Of a stretch of DNA of 64,000 bases, positions 50,001-61,691 are shown in pieces. Under the pieces are notes generated by a model. It searched no databases. It was not told the origin of the DNA and was given only the letters and a program-made list of their open reading frames with translations. Source of the DNA: Liolophura sinensis (Eukaryota); assembly GCF_032854445.1 (NCBI RefSeq), contig NC_088295.1:32082510-32146509 (forward strand), in the 5' to 3' direction. How positions within the stretch are numbered: the stretch's first letter is position 1; each line of letters opens with the position of its first letter. The translations under genes and the position numbers were made by a program.

Positions 50001-50340
50001 TCCTGATATATAGACAGTGTACGGGACATAGCGGCTAACTATGTTGTTGACATCCTCCTGATATATAGACAGTGTACGGGACATAGAGGCTAACTATGTT
50101 GTTGACATCCTCCTGATGTATAGACAGTGTACCGGACATAGAGGCTAACTATGTTGTTGACATCCTCCTGATGTATAGACAGTGTACGGGACATAGCGGC
50201 TAACTATGTTGTTGGCATCCTCCTGATGTATAGACAGTGTACGGGACATAGCGGCTAACTATGTTGTTGACATCCTCTTGATATATAGACAGTGTACGGG
50301 ACATAGTGGCCGGCTATGTTGTTGGCATCCTCCTGATGTA
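46985..50340 (+). repeat. Segmental block copy 2: 123-bp array (46985-47625) + unique segment + 57-bp array (48175-50340, ~38 units)
   Basis: Same architecture and >90% identity to copy 1. Confidence 0.9.
47895..47933 (+). CDS. PARP4: Candidate micro-exon copy 2 (FTDGEELVMEMTK variant)
   Basis: ctag|ttcacggatggggaggagctggtgatggagatgacaaag|gtaact. Confidence 0.2.
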
Positions 50341-50409
50341 TGTGTGGGGATCTGTGATAATAAGGGATTAACAGCATTGTTCGTGCAATCTAATGTTCGC
50401 TGATGTATT

Positions 50410-52905
50410 TTTCTGTCATGTCTGTACACCATAATTCTCTTGTTCTACTTTCACATGCTGCGTGCCAGATTGTATGAACTTGTATTCATATGTGTTATGT
50501 ACGAGACCTGTGCGAAACCTTCATAGCTAATGTATTCTTCTGTCATGTCTGTACACCATATTCTCTTGTTTTACCTTCACATGCTGTGTGCCAGATTGTA
50601 TGAAGTTGTATTCATATGTGTTATGTACGAGACCTGTGTGAAACCTTCATAGCTAATGTATTCTTCTGTCATGTCTGTACACCATATTCTCTTGTTTTAC
50701 CTTCACATGCTGTGTGCCAGATTGTATGAAGTTGTATTCATATGTGTTATGTACGAGACCTGTGCGAAACCTTCATAGCTAATGTATTCTTCTGTCATGT
50801 CTGTACACCATATTCTCTTGTTTTACCTTCACATGCTGTGTGCCAAATTGTATGAACTTGTATTCATATGTGTTATGTACGAGACCTGTGCAAAACCTTC
50901 ATAGCTAATGTATTCTTCTGTCATGTCTGTACACCATATTCTCTTGTTCTACCTTCACATGCTGTGTGCCAGATTGTATGAGCTTGTATTTATATAAGTT
51001 GCGTATCCTCCAGTATACCCCATTATCTGGTTCTACCTTCATATGCAGTGTGTCAGGTTGCATGGACTTGTATTTGTATGTGTTATGTAGGAACTGTAGA
51101 AAACTTTTAAAGAAGATGGCATATTCTCTTGTTCATGCATCACATGCTGTATGCCAGATTGCTTTTACATGTATTTGTATGCGTTATATAAGCTGTGAGA
51201 ACTGTACATGTAGGAAACTCACAGATGATGTAATTGTTCATTTAATTGTTCTAGATTACGGATTGGGAGGAGCTGGTGATGGAGATGACAAAGGTAACTC
51301 ATCGTCATCAAGTGAGGATGAGGACTACGCTCCAATAACTGATATACATGGTGACTGTGACATTCTACATGACATGTTCTGCCTTTCCTCTATGCCTCTA
51401 GGTAAGATAAATATAATTATGTGTATGCATGGGCTCTTTCACTCATTGACAGGCCTAAGTCCAGCAAATAAGAAGTCTAAACAATGGACAGGAATGACAA
51501 TTCTGCAAACACAGCATTTATTTTATTTTCCATCAAAATTTTGACAATCATATCCAAGCCTGCTGGCCTTCATCCTGAGCAACATGTTGTCAGTGACGAG
51601 ACATACAGTAGCAGCTAGCTATGTCGTTGTCATCCTCCTGATATATAGACGGTGTACGGGACATAGTGGCCAACTATGTTGTTGACATCCTCCTGATGTA
51701 TAGACAGTGTACGGGACATAGCAGCCAACTATGTTGGTGACATCCTCCTGATGTATAGACAGTGTACGGGACATAGCGGCCAACTATGTTGTTGACATCC
51801 TCCTGATATATAGACAGTATACGGGACAGCGGCTAACTATGTTGTTGGCATCCTCCTGATGTATAGACAGTGTACGGGACATAGCGGCCAACTATGTTGT
51901 TGGCATCCTCCTGATGTATAGACAGTGTACGGGACATAGCAGCCAACTATGTTGTTGACATCCTCCTGATGTATAGACAGTGTACGGGACATAGCAGCCA
52001 ACTATGTTGGTGACATCCTCCTGATGTATAGACAGTGTACGGGACATAGCGGCTAACTATGTTGTTGACATCCTCCTGATGTATAGACAGTATACGGGAC
52101 AGCGGCTAACTATGTTGTTGGCGTCCTCCTGATGTATAGACAGTGTACAGGACATAGAGGCCAACTATGTTGTTGGCATCCTCCTTATGTATAGACAGTG
52201 TACGGGACATAGAGGCTAACTATGTTGGTGACATCCTCCTGATGTATAGACAGTGTACGGGACATAGTGGCCAACTATGTTGTTGGCATCCTCCCGATGT
52301 ATAGACAGTGTACGGGACATAGAGGCCAACTATGTTGTTGACATCCTCCTGATGTATAGACAGTGTACGGGACATAGCGGCCAACTATGTTGTTGGCATC
52401 CTCCTGATGTATAGACAGTGTACGGGACATAGCGGCCAACTATGTTGTTGACATCCTCCTGATGTATAGACAGTGTACGGGACATAGCGGCTAACTATGT
52501 TGTTGGCATCCTCCCGATGTATAGACACTGTATGGGACATATCGGCTAACTATGTTGTTGGCATCCTCCCGATGTATAGACAGTGTACGGGACATAGCGG
52601 CTAACTATGTTGTTGGCATCCTCCCGATGTATAGACAGTGTACGGGACATATCGGCTAACTATGTTGTTGGCATCCTCCCGATGTATAGACAGTGTACGG
52701 GACATAGCGGCTAACTATGTTGTTGACATCCTCCCGATGTATAGACACTGTACGGGACATATCGGCTAACTATGTTGTTGGCATCCTCCTGATGTATAGA
52801 CAGTGTACGGGACATAGCGGCTAACTATGTTGTTGACATCCCCCCAATGTATAGACAGTGTACGGGACATAGCGGCTAACTATGTTGTTGGCATCCTCCC
52901 GATGT
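50410..52905 (+). repeat. Segmental block copy 3: 123-bp array (50410-50990) + unique segment + 57-bp array (51575-52905)
   Basis: Same architecture; directly tandem to copy 2. Confidence 0.9.
51255..51293 (+). CDS. PARP4: Candidate micro-exon copy 3 (ITDWEELVMEMTK)
   Basis: ctag|attacggattgggaggagctggtgatggagatgacaaag|gtaact. Confidence 0.25.
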
Positions 52906-53641
52906 ATAGACAGTGTTCAGAGTGCATATACTGCTGCTTACTGCTGTAACTTCTTGTGTAGCGCTTACCACCTTGTTAGCTACAACTCCTGTTTACGGTT
53001 TATGCCTGTCCATCTGTTGTTAGCTTTATTTCCCATCTCAAAACTCTCAGTTGAAATCTTCAAGCAAGAACTTACTTCAGGCAATGTGTGAAACTCACCC
53101 AACAACTATACAGTTTGAAGATATAGCAATCCGCAGATGAGAGTTAAATGTTTACCTAATAAGCCTGTTCTTTATGATTCCATTTTTACATGATGCTCAT
53201 TGTATAAATAGTCCAAGAAGGTGACTGTGTCTAGTGGTGAGCCCCTCGTTCAGTCCAGAAACGCAATTGCTCCAAATATATTTAAAGAGAGTATATCGGT
53301 GAATTTTGGTGGAAAATAGATCGGTAAAAATCTGTCTGTTTGCCATTGTTTTGGAATAATCAAAATGATTACCTTTCACAAAATATTAGCCGTGTTTGCG
53401 AATGTCCTTATCACTGTGTATAGTTTAGGTATGAGTCGAATACTTACTGAAAGACAATGATGTGAGCTATTCTTGGTAAATAGAGTGATCTGATGGTGAA
53501 TATGGATTTTTCCTCCAAAAGTCTCCGGTATAGATTCTCTAAGAAAAAGCTTCCACATTTGGTGCACATGTTTTCCTTGAAGAACAGTTCTTCTGAAACA
53601 CATTATTTTAATTTTAACACTTAATATTGAATGTCTGACAG

Positions 53642-53722
53642 GTCTGAATTTATTAGGAGAGGAAGCAGAAGAAGAGGATGTGAAAGAAGAGGAAGAAAAG
53701 CATTCATTGAAAACATTTCAGA
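53642..53722 (+). CDS. Candidate acidic exon of an unassigned gene
   Basis: gtctgacag| acceptor; LNLLGEEAEEEDVKEEEEKHSLKTFQ; donor a|gtgagt. Confidence 0.2.
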
Positions 53723-54416
53723 GTGAGTGAATTATCCTTTAAATCATTAGGGAAGAACTGACCTGCAAGAATGTATGTTGTGAAGAGTATCTAAGAATCT
53801 ATTCTGTCACATCTGCCAAATTTGTACTACATGTACTTGGAGAATATAGAAACGTTGGCAGCTTACACACAATCACAATTTTTAATTTCATTATTTGATA
53901 TATGAATAAATGAATCAAGGCTCATTAAGTACTTTTCCTCAGAGTTACTCACATAAATGCTACTGGCATTATTTTGTTATTATGTGTTAACCCATTAGGT
54001 TTGTTTGGGTGTATATTGTGTTCACCTTCACATGGTTTGTATCTGTGAGTCATTAATGAGTGACCGGCCGCATTATAGTACAGTGTTATCCATACGTCTG
54101 TTAAAAATTGGTCCTGAGAGGAGTATCTTGAATTTCTGAAATCTTGTTTTACTGTTTTGGCCTCTTTACCAGGGGCTGTTATATAGGGAAGGATAAGATT
54201 GCGCTTGGCCAGTGTTAATCCCACCATAATGTCGTCATCATCATATGAAGTGCACCATTATTCAGTAGGCAGATAAACACCAATCAAATAAATAAGTAGA
54301 TATTATTAAAAAGTAAAGTTAAGCCATGAAATGAGATCAAATGTTACTTCTCAGCTGTAGCATTCCACAGCTTTACAGTATCAGTGTTTGAATTCATGCA
54401 CAGTTTGAAAAGTCTA

Positions 54417-55000
54417 AAGCCCTGTCCAGACTATCCCACATCACTCAGCTTTTGTTGAATTAACAAGATTCAACTTGAAATTGAGGCAACAGGTTGTGCC
54501 ATGTTGAGTAGTCTAGACAGGTACTTCAACTTCGTTCAGTAACACTCCTCACCATCCAAAATTGTTGAATCAAAAATGTGCATGTGTATTTTTGTCAACA
54601 AGTTGAGTCAATCAGCAAGCGTGTAAAAATAATGTGACCGCCTTAAGGCATGTGACCTGGGCAAAACAGCAGCACCACAGGCGAAAGAGAGAAACTGGTC
54701 TCATGATGAGACAGTTTCGTTGATACAGGAGTATGATATATACCCTTGCCTGTACAACACTGTCTCTATAGATTACAAAGACAGGGACAAAAGAAAATCA
54801 TTGTCTCATGCACTGGAGAGAAAGATGGAAATTTCCCTGCAATTTATTGAAAGTTTGGTGAAAAAACACAGCTCAGCACACAAGTGTTGGACAATGTTGA
54901 ACTATCTGATTTGTAGTGTGGACGGGATACTCAACTTACCTCAACAGATTCAACTTACTGTTGAGTCAACAAAAGTTGAAAGATAGCCTGGACAGGGCTT
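54417..55000 (+). mobile_element. 584-bp TIR element (MITE-like, non-autonomous DNA transposon) carrying a MADF-domain ORF
   Basis: Left end 'aagccctgtccagactatc' and right end 'gatagcctggacagggctt' form 19-bp TIRs (1 mismatch). Subterminal inverted motifs 'cttttgttgaattaacaagattcaacttg' and 'caagttgaatc...caacaaaagttg'. Confidence 0.55.
54633..54986 (+). CDS. MADF (Myb/SANT-like) domain ORF inside the TIR element; no in-frame ATG upstream
   Basis: ...KERNWSHDETVSLIQEYDIYPCLYNTVSIDYKDRDKRKSLSHALERKMEISLQFIESLVKKHSSAHKCW... fits the MADF consensus (W..E.T..LI.....P.LYD.....Y+D+..+..AW..I). Harbinger/PIF Myb-like proteins carry this domain. Confidence 0.45.
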   Translation, partial: CDRLKACDLGKTAAPQAKERNWSHDETVSLIQEYDIYPCLYNTVSIDYKDRDKRKSLSHALERKMEISLQFIESLVKKHSSAHKCWTMLNYLICSVDGILNLPQQIQLTVESTKVER

Positions 55001-55856
55001 CAAGATAAAGTAAAACACTTTGATGATTTGCTTTTAGCTCACTTGTACAAAATAGAAATGTAGCTTAGTTATGTCACTCCCTGAGCGTCAGATAGCAGGG
55101 ATGCACTGTTGAACAAAATGTTAAAAGTGGTATGTTAAAAAGTACTGCATATGTTGAGCTCAGGATTTGCACATATGTAGAGCACAATAGCATCAGAGGA
55201 ACATTCCATCGTTGATTGAGTGTGTACATATTAAATGCCGTAAATTACTGAATTCTTGTCTTGATGTATTGTGTAAACAAACTGGTATGGATGGTATCTC
55301 CAAAAGTATTTATGTACTGAGCTCAGATTTTACACACATATAGAGCACAATAACTTGAAGGGGATGTTCCATCATTGATTTGCTTATGTGTGTGCATACG
55401 TAGGGTTTTTGACACTCATTTTGCTAATCATCATATATTTGATCTCTATGATATAAATGAACTAGTCTTGAAAAATTGCCTCCAAAACCATTTAATTGAT
55501 ACAAATTAGACAATCTTTAAAACTTTTTGTAGAGCATAACCTGACCCAATCAGAAAAACGAAGTAGATTGGTAGAGGTAGATTTTTTAGAAGTTTCACAA
55601 ATGAAAATGATAGGGATTTTAAAAACATTGAGAGACAAACAAACAAACAAAAATTCCATCAAAAGTGTAATAAAACTATCTAAAAAACAATAAGAGTAAG
55701 GCCTTTTTTGCAGAGTTGATTAGGTCATATTTAAATGATAGCCTTACTCCCCAAATCACTCCATGATATATTGGAAAAGTTTTTCTTTGTTAACCCCTCA
55801 TGTAATGTAGACAGCACTGTGCGCCTGATACACAGGACTTTGCGCGTACATTACAG

Positions 55857-55947
55857 GTAATACTTCAAGCTTGGGGATGGAAGGTAGTCCTGATGAGTAC
55901 TATGAGGCTATAGATACTGATGCTGCATTCTTCCCAGATATGTACAA
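55857..55947 (+). CDS. Candidate exon with ATG at 55877 (MEGSPDEYYEAIDTDAAFFPDMY)
   Basis: ttacag| acceptor at 55856, donor caa|gtaagt; an acidic peptide of unknown affiliation. Confidence 0.2.
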
Positions 55948-56241
55948 GTAAGTTAATTATGGAAACTGTAGGTATATCACGGATGGTCTGAACTAGCTTG
56001 GTGTGCCTCCAGTTTCATTATAATGTTTTCAGGCTGTTCTTGCTCTGATTGTTATTCTTTGTAAGTATTGTTTTTGTTTTCCCAAATTTGTTTTTAGTAT
56101 TAAAGAAAAGCTTTCACTGGTAATGGTATAAACTACCAAGTAAGCTATTCCAGAATTGTTTGTCACTCTCAGCCTGTATCTGCAAGTGGTTATGATCCCT
56201 CTTTATCTCACTTTTCATCTCATCCATTTCAATTTCAAAAG

Positions 56242-56413
56242 GAGTACATGCATGAATTAATATTTGTTGACAGAAAAGAGTGCGTAGATGAAGAAGCGGT
56301 GGATGATGTACGTGCTGCTGCAGATGAGCAAAGCTGTGCTGACGTACTCATCAGCATGGCGCAAGCAATCCCAGCACGCAGCCTGTCACCAAGACGTTTC
56401 CTAACCAGCTCAG
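56242..56413 (+). CDS. Candidate exon (EYMHELIFVDRKECVDEEAVDDVRAAADEQSCADVLISMAQAIPARSLSPRRFLTSS)
   Basis: tttcaaaag| acceptor, ctcag|gtacac donor, GC-richer than the flanks. Its phase does not join the 55857 exon directly. Confidence 0.3.
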
Positions 56414-57289
56414 GTACACACAGGACATGCACTTACACGTAGTAAGATATGTGAGGAGCACTGTCCAGTTTTACGGGGCCCCTAGCTGACTTAGATGTCA
56501 TTATGCTTTCCCCTTGGATACCACTAGCTATTGACGAGCAAGGTTGGATGCTGGAATATAGCTGCTTCTTGTCGAGGGGTTTGCCCAGTATATGTTTTCA
56601 CATGAGCAGACAAGATGTCCAAAGCTCTACTCAGTTTAATCATCCCATGAAACCCTGACCCACCATCATATTTGTGAAAATTTTTTGAAAACAGTGTTGA
56701 AAGAACAGTCAGATAAATAATAAAACATGTGTAACACCATAGTCACAACGTCAGACTGTACACCAGGTAAGCTATACAAATCCGCTCGACACTGCACATC
56801 TCTGCAGAAATACAGGTATACTGATTAGACAAATGGTACATGTAACCACAGTGTAGAATGTCCCCCAAAACAGTGCACTTTTTAGAGGCTAATGAACGTC
56901 ACATTTTTCAAGAAAGAATTCTCCAAATATCTGTGCAAGATCGGTAGAATCATTAGAAACTGACAAAATGTGCAGCATAACTTTGAGGTCATTAACTGTA
57001 GAATGGTCTGTGTTGGTAAAGTGTCACCACGATAACACTGCAAGATTGCCAAAGTGCCAGTAAACCATAATCTTTGATTCATTTAACCACTCATACTTTA
57101 AGTGATCTGACAAGAACGGAGAAAAAATGTTAATTGCAAATTCAGACTATTTTGATTTTAGTTTTACCTGTGATCAACCCAGGTATGATATGCACTTCAG
57201 AAACAGCATTTTGTTGAGTGTAGCAAGATGTAAGCATTACTGGGAAAATATGGTAGATGACCGTAGCTTTGTGAGTTACTAAGTGGCAC

Positions 57290-57430
57290 ATTTTGCCTGC
57301 TTCTGAGAGTTCTATTGATTGTAATAAGGTAGTTTGAGGTTTGTTTGGCAGGTAGGGTGATATCTAGCTGGAAATGCTTGCCTTCAAAAATGTACTTTTT
57401 GGAACAAAATGTTAGATCATTTACAGTAGG
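57290..57430 (+). repeat. Partial dispersed repeat family B copy
   Basis: 'ctgcttctgagagttctattgatt...gatatctagctggaaatgcttgcc...aaaatgttag' parallels 25440-25560. Confidence 0.45.
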
Positions 57431-57467
57431 ACTTACTGATTAAAAGTCTGTGAAAAGGTATGGCATG

Positions 57468-57660
57468 TTGTTTGTTTCTATTTGATTGGTGTTTTACACC
57501 GTTCTCAAGAATATTTCACTTATTCCACAGTGGCCAGCATTATGGTGGGAGGAAACCAGTCAGAGCCCAGCAGACCAACCCGTGACCATCAGCAGGTTGC
57601 TGCAGACTTTCTCATATGTGGCCTGAGAGGAAGCCAGCATGATCTGGACCTAGCCACCGG
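57468..57660 (-). mobile_element. SINE copy (tail + core), with an oppositely oriented partial copy at 57768-57856
   Basis: 'tttgattggtgttttacaccgttctcaagaatatttcacttattccacagtggccagcattatggtgggaggaaaccag...'. Downstream, 'ttttcctcccaacataatgctgcccttgtataagtgaaatattcttgagtatggcg' lies in + orientation. Confidence 0.65.
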
Positions 57661-57879
57661 TACTATATTAACTGTTGTCTATATACATTGTATTTTTGAA
57701 AACAAAATCTGTTAAGCTTGTATTAATGCCAGTACACGTACCCCCAATAGTCATCTTCTGTTTCACCTAGCCTCTGCCCATTTTCCTCCCAACATAATGC
57801 TGCCCTTGTATAAGTGAAATATTCTTGAGTATGGCGAAAAACATCAGTCAAAGAAATATGTATATCTGCATGTTTACAT

Positions 57880-60800
57880 TAAGGTCATGCTGCAGGATAT
57901 TCACCATTATTGCCAAATAGGGTTATAGGTGTGAAAAAAGCGTCTACCTTGTGGGCGGCGAAGCGTAACCTACATACATGTACATTTGTACAGTAGGGTG
58001 GCAGGATATTCACCATCATTGCCAAATAGGGTTATAGGTGTGAAAAAAGCGTCTACCGTGTGGGCGGCGAAGCGTAACCTACATACATGTACATTTGTAC
58101 AGTAGGGTGGCAGGATATTCACCATCATTGCCAAATAGGGTTACAGGTGTGAAAAAAGCATCTACCTTGTGGGCGGTGAAGCGTAACCTACTTACATGTA
58201 CATTTGTACAGTAGGATGGCAGGATATTCACCATTATTGCCAAATAGGGTTATAGGTGTGAAAAAAGTGTCTACCTTGTGGGCGGCGAAGCGTAACCTAC
58301 ATACATGTACATTTGTACAGTAGGATGGCAGGATATTCACCATCATTGCCAAATAGGGTTATAGGTGTGAAAAAAGCGTCTACCTTGTGGGCGGCGAAGC
58401 GTAACCTACATACATGTACATTTGTACAGTAGGATGGCAGGATATTCACCATCATTGCCAAATAGGGTTATAGGTGTGAAAAAAGCGTCTACCTTGTGGG
58501 CGGCGAAGCGTAACCTACTTACATGTACATTTGTACAGTAGGATGGCAGGATATTCACCATCATTGCCAAATAGGGTTATAGGTGTGAAAAAAGCGTCTA
58601 CCTTGTGGGCGGCGAAGCGTAACCTACTTACATGTACATTTGTACAGTAGGATGGCAGGATATTCACCATCATTGCCAAATAGGGTTATAGGTGTGAAAA
58701 AAGCGTCTACCTTGTGGGCGGCGAAGCGTAACCTACTTACATGTACATTTGTACAGTAGGATGGCAGAATATTCACCATCATTGCCAAATAGGGTTATAG
58801 GTGTGAAAAAAGTGTCTACCTTGTGGGCGGCGAAGCGTAACCTACATACATGTACATTTGTACAGTAGGATGGCAGAATATTCACCATCATTGCCAAATA
58901 GGGTTATAGGTGTGAAAAAAGCGTCTACCTTGTGGGCGGCGAAGCGTAACCTACTTACATGTACATTTGTACAGTAGGATGGCAGGATATTCACCATCAT
59001 TGCCAAATAGGGTTATAGGTGTGAAAAAAGTGTCTACCTTGTGGGCGGCGAAACGTAACCTACATACATGTACATTTGTACAGTAGGATGGCAGGATATT
59101 CACCATCATTGCCAAATAGGGTTATAGGTGTGAAAAAAGCGTCTACCTTGTGGGCGGCGAAGCGTAACCTACTTACATGTACATTTGTACAGTAGGATGG
59201 CAGGATATTCACCATTATTGCCAAATAGGGTTATAGGTGTGAAAAAAGTGTCTACCTTGTGGGCGGCGAAACGTAACCTACATACATGTACATTTGTACA
59301 GTAGGATGGCAGGATATTCACCATCATTGCCAAATAGGGTTATAGGTGTGAAAAAAGCGTCTACCTTGTGGGCGGCGAAACGTAACCTACTTACATGTAC
59401 ATTTGTACAGTAGGATGGCAGGATATTCACCATCATTGCCAAATAGGGTTATAGGTGTGAAAAAAGCATCTACCTTGTGGGCGGCGAAACGTAATCTACT
59501 TACATGTACATTTGTACAGTAGGATGGCAGGATATTCACCATCATTGCCAAATAGGGTTATAGGTGTGAAAAAAGCGTCTACCTTGTGGGCGGCGAAACG
59601 TAACCTACTTACATGTACATTTGTACAGTAGGATGGCAGGATATTCACCATCATTGCCAAATAGGGTTATAGGTGTGAAAAAAGCGTCTACCTTGTGGGC
59701 GGCGAAACGTAACCTACTTACATGTACATTTGTACAGTAGGATGGCAGGATATTCACCATCATTGCCAAATAGGGTTATAGGTGTGAAAAAAGCGTCTAC
59801 CTTGTGGGCGGCGAAACGTAACCTACTTACATGTACATTTGTACAGTAGGATGGCAGGATATTCACCATCATTGCCAAATAGGGTTATAGGTGTGAAAAA
59901 AGCGTCTACCTTGTGGGCGGCGAAACGTAACCTACTTACATGTACATTTGTACAGTAGGATGGCAGGATATTCACCATCATTGCCAAATAGGGTTATAGG
60001 TGTGAAAAAAGTGTCTACCTTGTGGGCGGCGAAACGTAACCTACGTACATGTACATTTGTACAGTAGGATGGCAGGATATTCACCATCATTGCCAAATAG
60101 GGTTATAGGTGTGAAAAAAGTGTCTACCTTGTGGGCGGCGAAACGTAACCTACTTACATGTACATTTGTACAGTAGGATGGCAGGATATTCACCATCATT
60201 GCCAAATAGGGTTATAGGTGTGAAAAAAGCGTCTACCTTGTGGGCGGCGAAACGTAACCTACATACATGTACATTTGTACAGTAGGTTGGCAGGATATTC
60301 ACCATCATTGCCAAATAGGGTTACAGGTGTGAAAAAAGCATCTACCTTGTGGGCGGTGAAGCGTAACCTACTTACATGTACATTTGTACAGTAGGATGGC
60401 AGGATATTCACCATTATTGCCAAATAGGGTTATAGGTGTGAAAAAAGCGTCTACCTTGTGGGCGGCGAAGCGTAACCTACTTACATGTACATTTGTACAG
60501 TAGGATGGCAGGATATTGCCAAGTAGGGTTATTGGTGTGAAAAAAAAGTGTCTACCTTGTGGGCGGCGAAACGTAACCTACATACATGTACATTTGTACA
60601 GTAGGATGGCAGAATATTCACCATCATTGCCAAATAGGGTTATAGGTGTGAAAAAAGCGTCTACCTTGTGGGCGGCGAAGCGTAACTTACATACATGTAC
60701 ATTTGTACAGTAGGATGGCAGGATATTCACCATCATTGCCAAATAGGGTTATAGGTGTGAAAAAAGTGTCTACCTTGTGGGCGGCGAAGCGTAACTTACA

Positions 60801-61310
60801 TACATGTACATTTGTACAGTAGGATGGCAGGATATTCACCATCATTGCCAAATAGGGTTATAGGTGTGAAAAAAGCGTCTACCTTGTGGGCGGCGAAGCG
60901 TAACCTACATACATGTACATTTGTACAGTAGGATGGCAGGATATTGCAAAGTTGGGTTATAGGTGTGAAAAAAAGCGTCTACCTTGTGGGCTGTGAAGCG
61001 TCTACCTTGTGGGCTGTGAAGCGTCTACCTTGTGGGCTGTGAAGCATAACCTACATACATGTACATTTGTACAGTAGGATGGCAGGATATTCACCATCAT
61101 TGCCAAATAGGGTTATAGGTGTGAAAAAAGCGTCTACCTTGTGGGCGGCGAAGCGTAACCTACATACATGTACATTTGTACAGTAGGTTGGCAGGATATT
61201 GCAAAGTTGGGTTATAGGTGTGAAAAAAAGCGTCTACCTTGTGGGCTGTGAAGCGTCTACCTTGTGGGCTGTGAAGCATAACCTACATACATCTACATTT
61301 GTACAGTAGG
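57880..61310. repeat. Minisatellite, 109-bp unit x ~31 (3.4 kb), immediately upstream of the proline-rich exon
   Basis: 'ggcaggatattcaccatcattgccaaatagggttataggtgtgaaaaaagcgtctaccttgtgggcggcgaagcgtaacctacttacatgtacatttgtacagtaggat' reiterated. Degenerate at the 3' end (61000-61300). Confidence 0.95.
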
Positions 61311-61691
61311 ATGGCAGGATACTTTTTCAGCATTTTCAGATTATTCAGATGTATACATGGAGAACAGCATACAGTGTGTCAGTATTTGAGTGGTTTGAGG
61401 TCTTGTTCTAGCTTTGTTCAGCTTCCATACAACCTGGTTGATGCTGTACATATTAATATTGCCAATGTAACACACCTAAAAATTCAGTATCCAAGTCAGT
61501 TAATTTCATCAGGGAGGTTTTGAAAACTGAGTGTAGGTGGTTTTTGGTGATGTGACTTTTATTTTGTCTCCCTAATGGCCAAACCTATAATATGTTCAAA
61601 CTTCCATCCACCTCAGTGTGGAATCATTTGTGATTCAAGTTTTAATCATGCACAAGTCATATGTAGGACACTTTGATTTTGTGTTTTGCAG

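Noticed and set aside
56235-56432. 65-aa ORF on the - strand overlapping the candidate + strand exon at 56242-56413
   Set aside because: It is the antisense of a GC-rich exon-like segment. It has no splice signals of its own, and the + strand has both an acceptor and a donor.
29291-61310. Regularly spaced direct repeats considered as CRISPR-like arrays
   Set aside because: The units are contiguous with no unique spacers; the context is eukaryotic and intronic. These are minisatellites.
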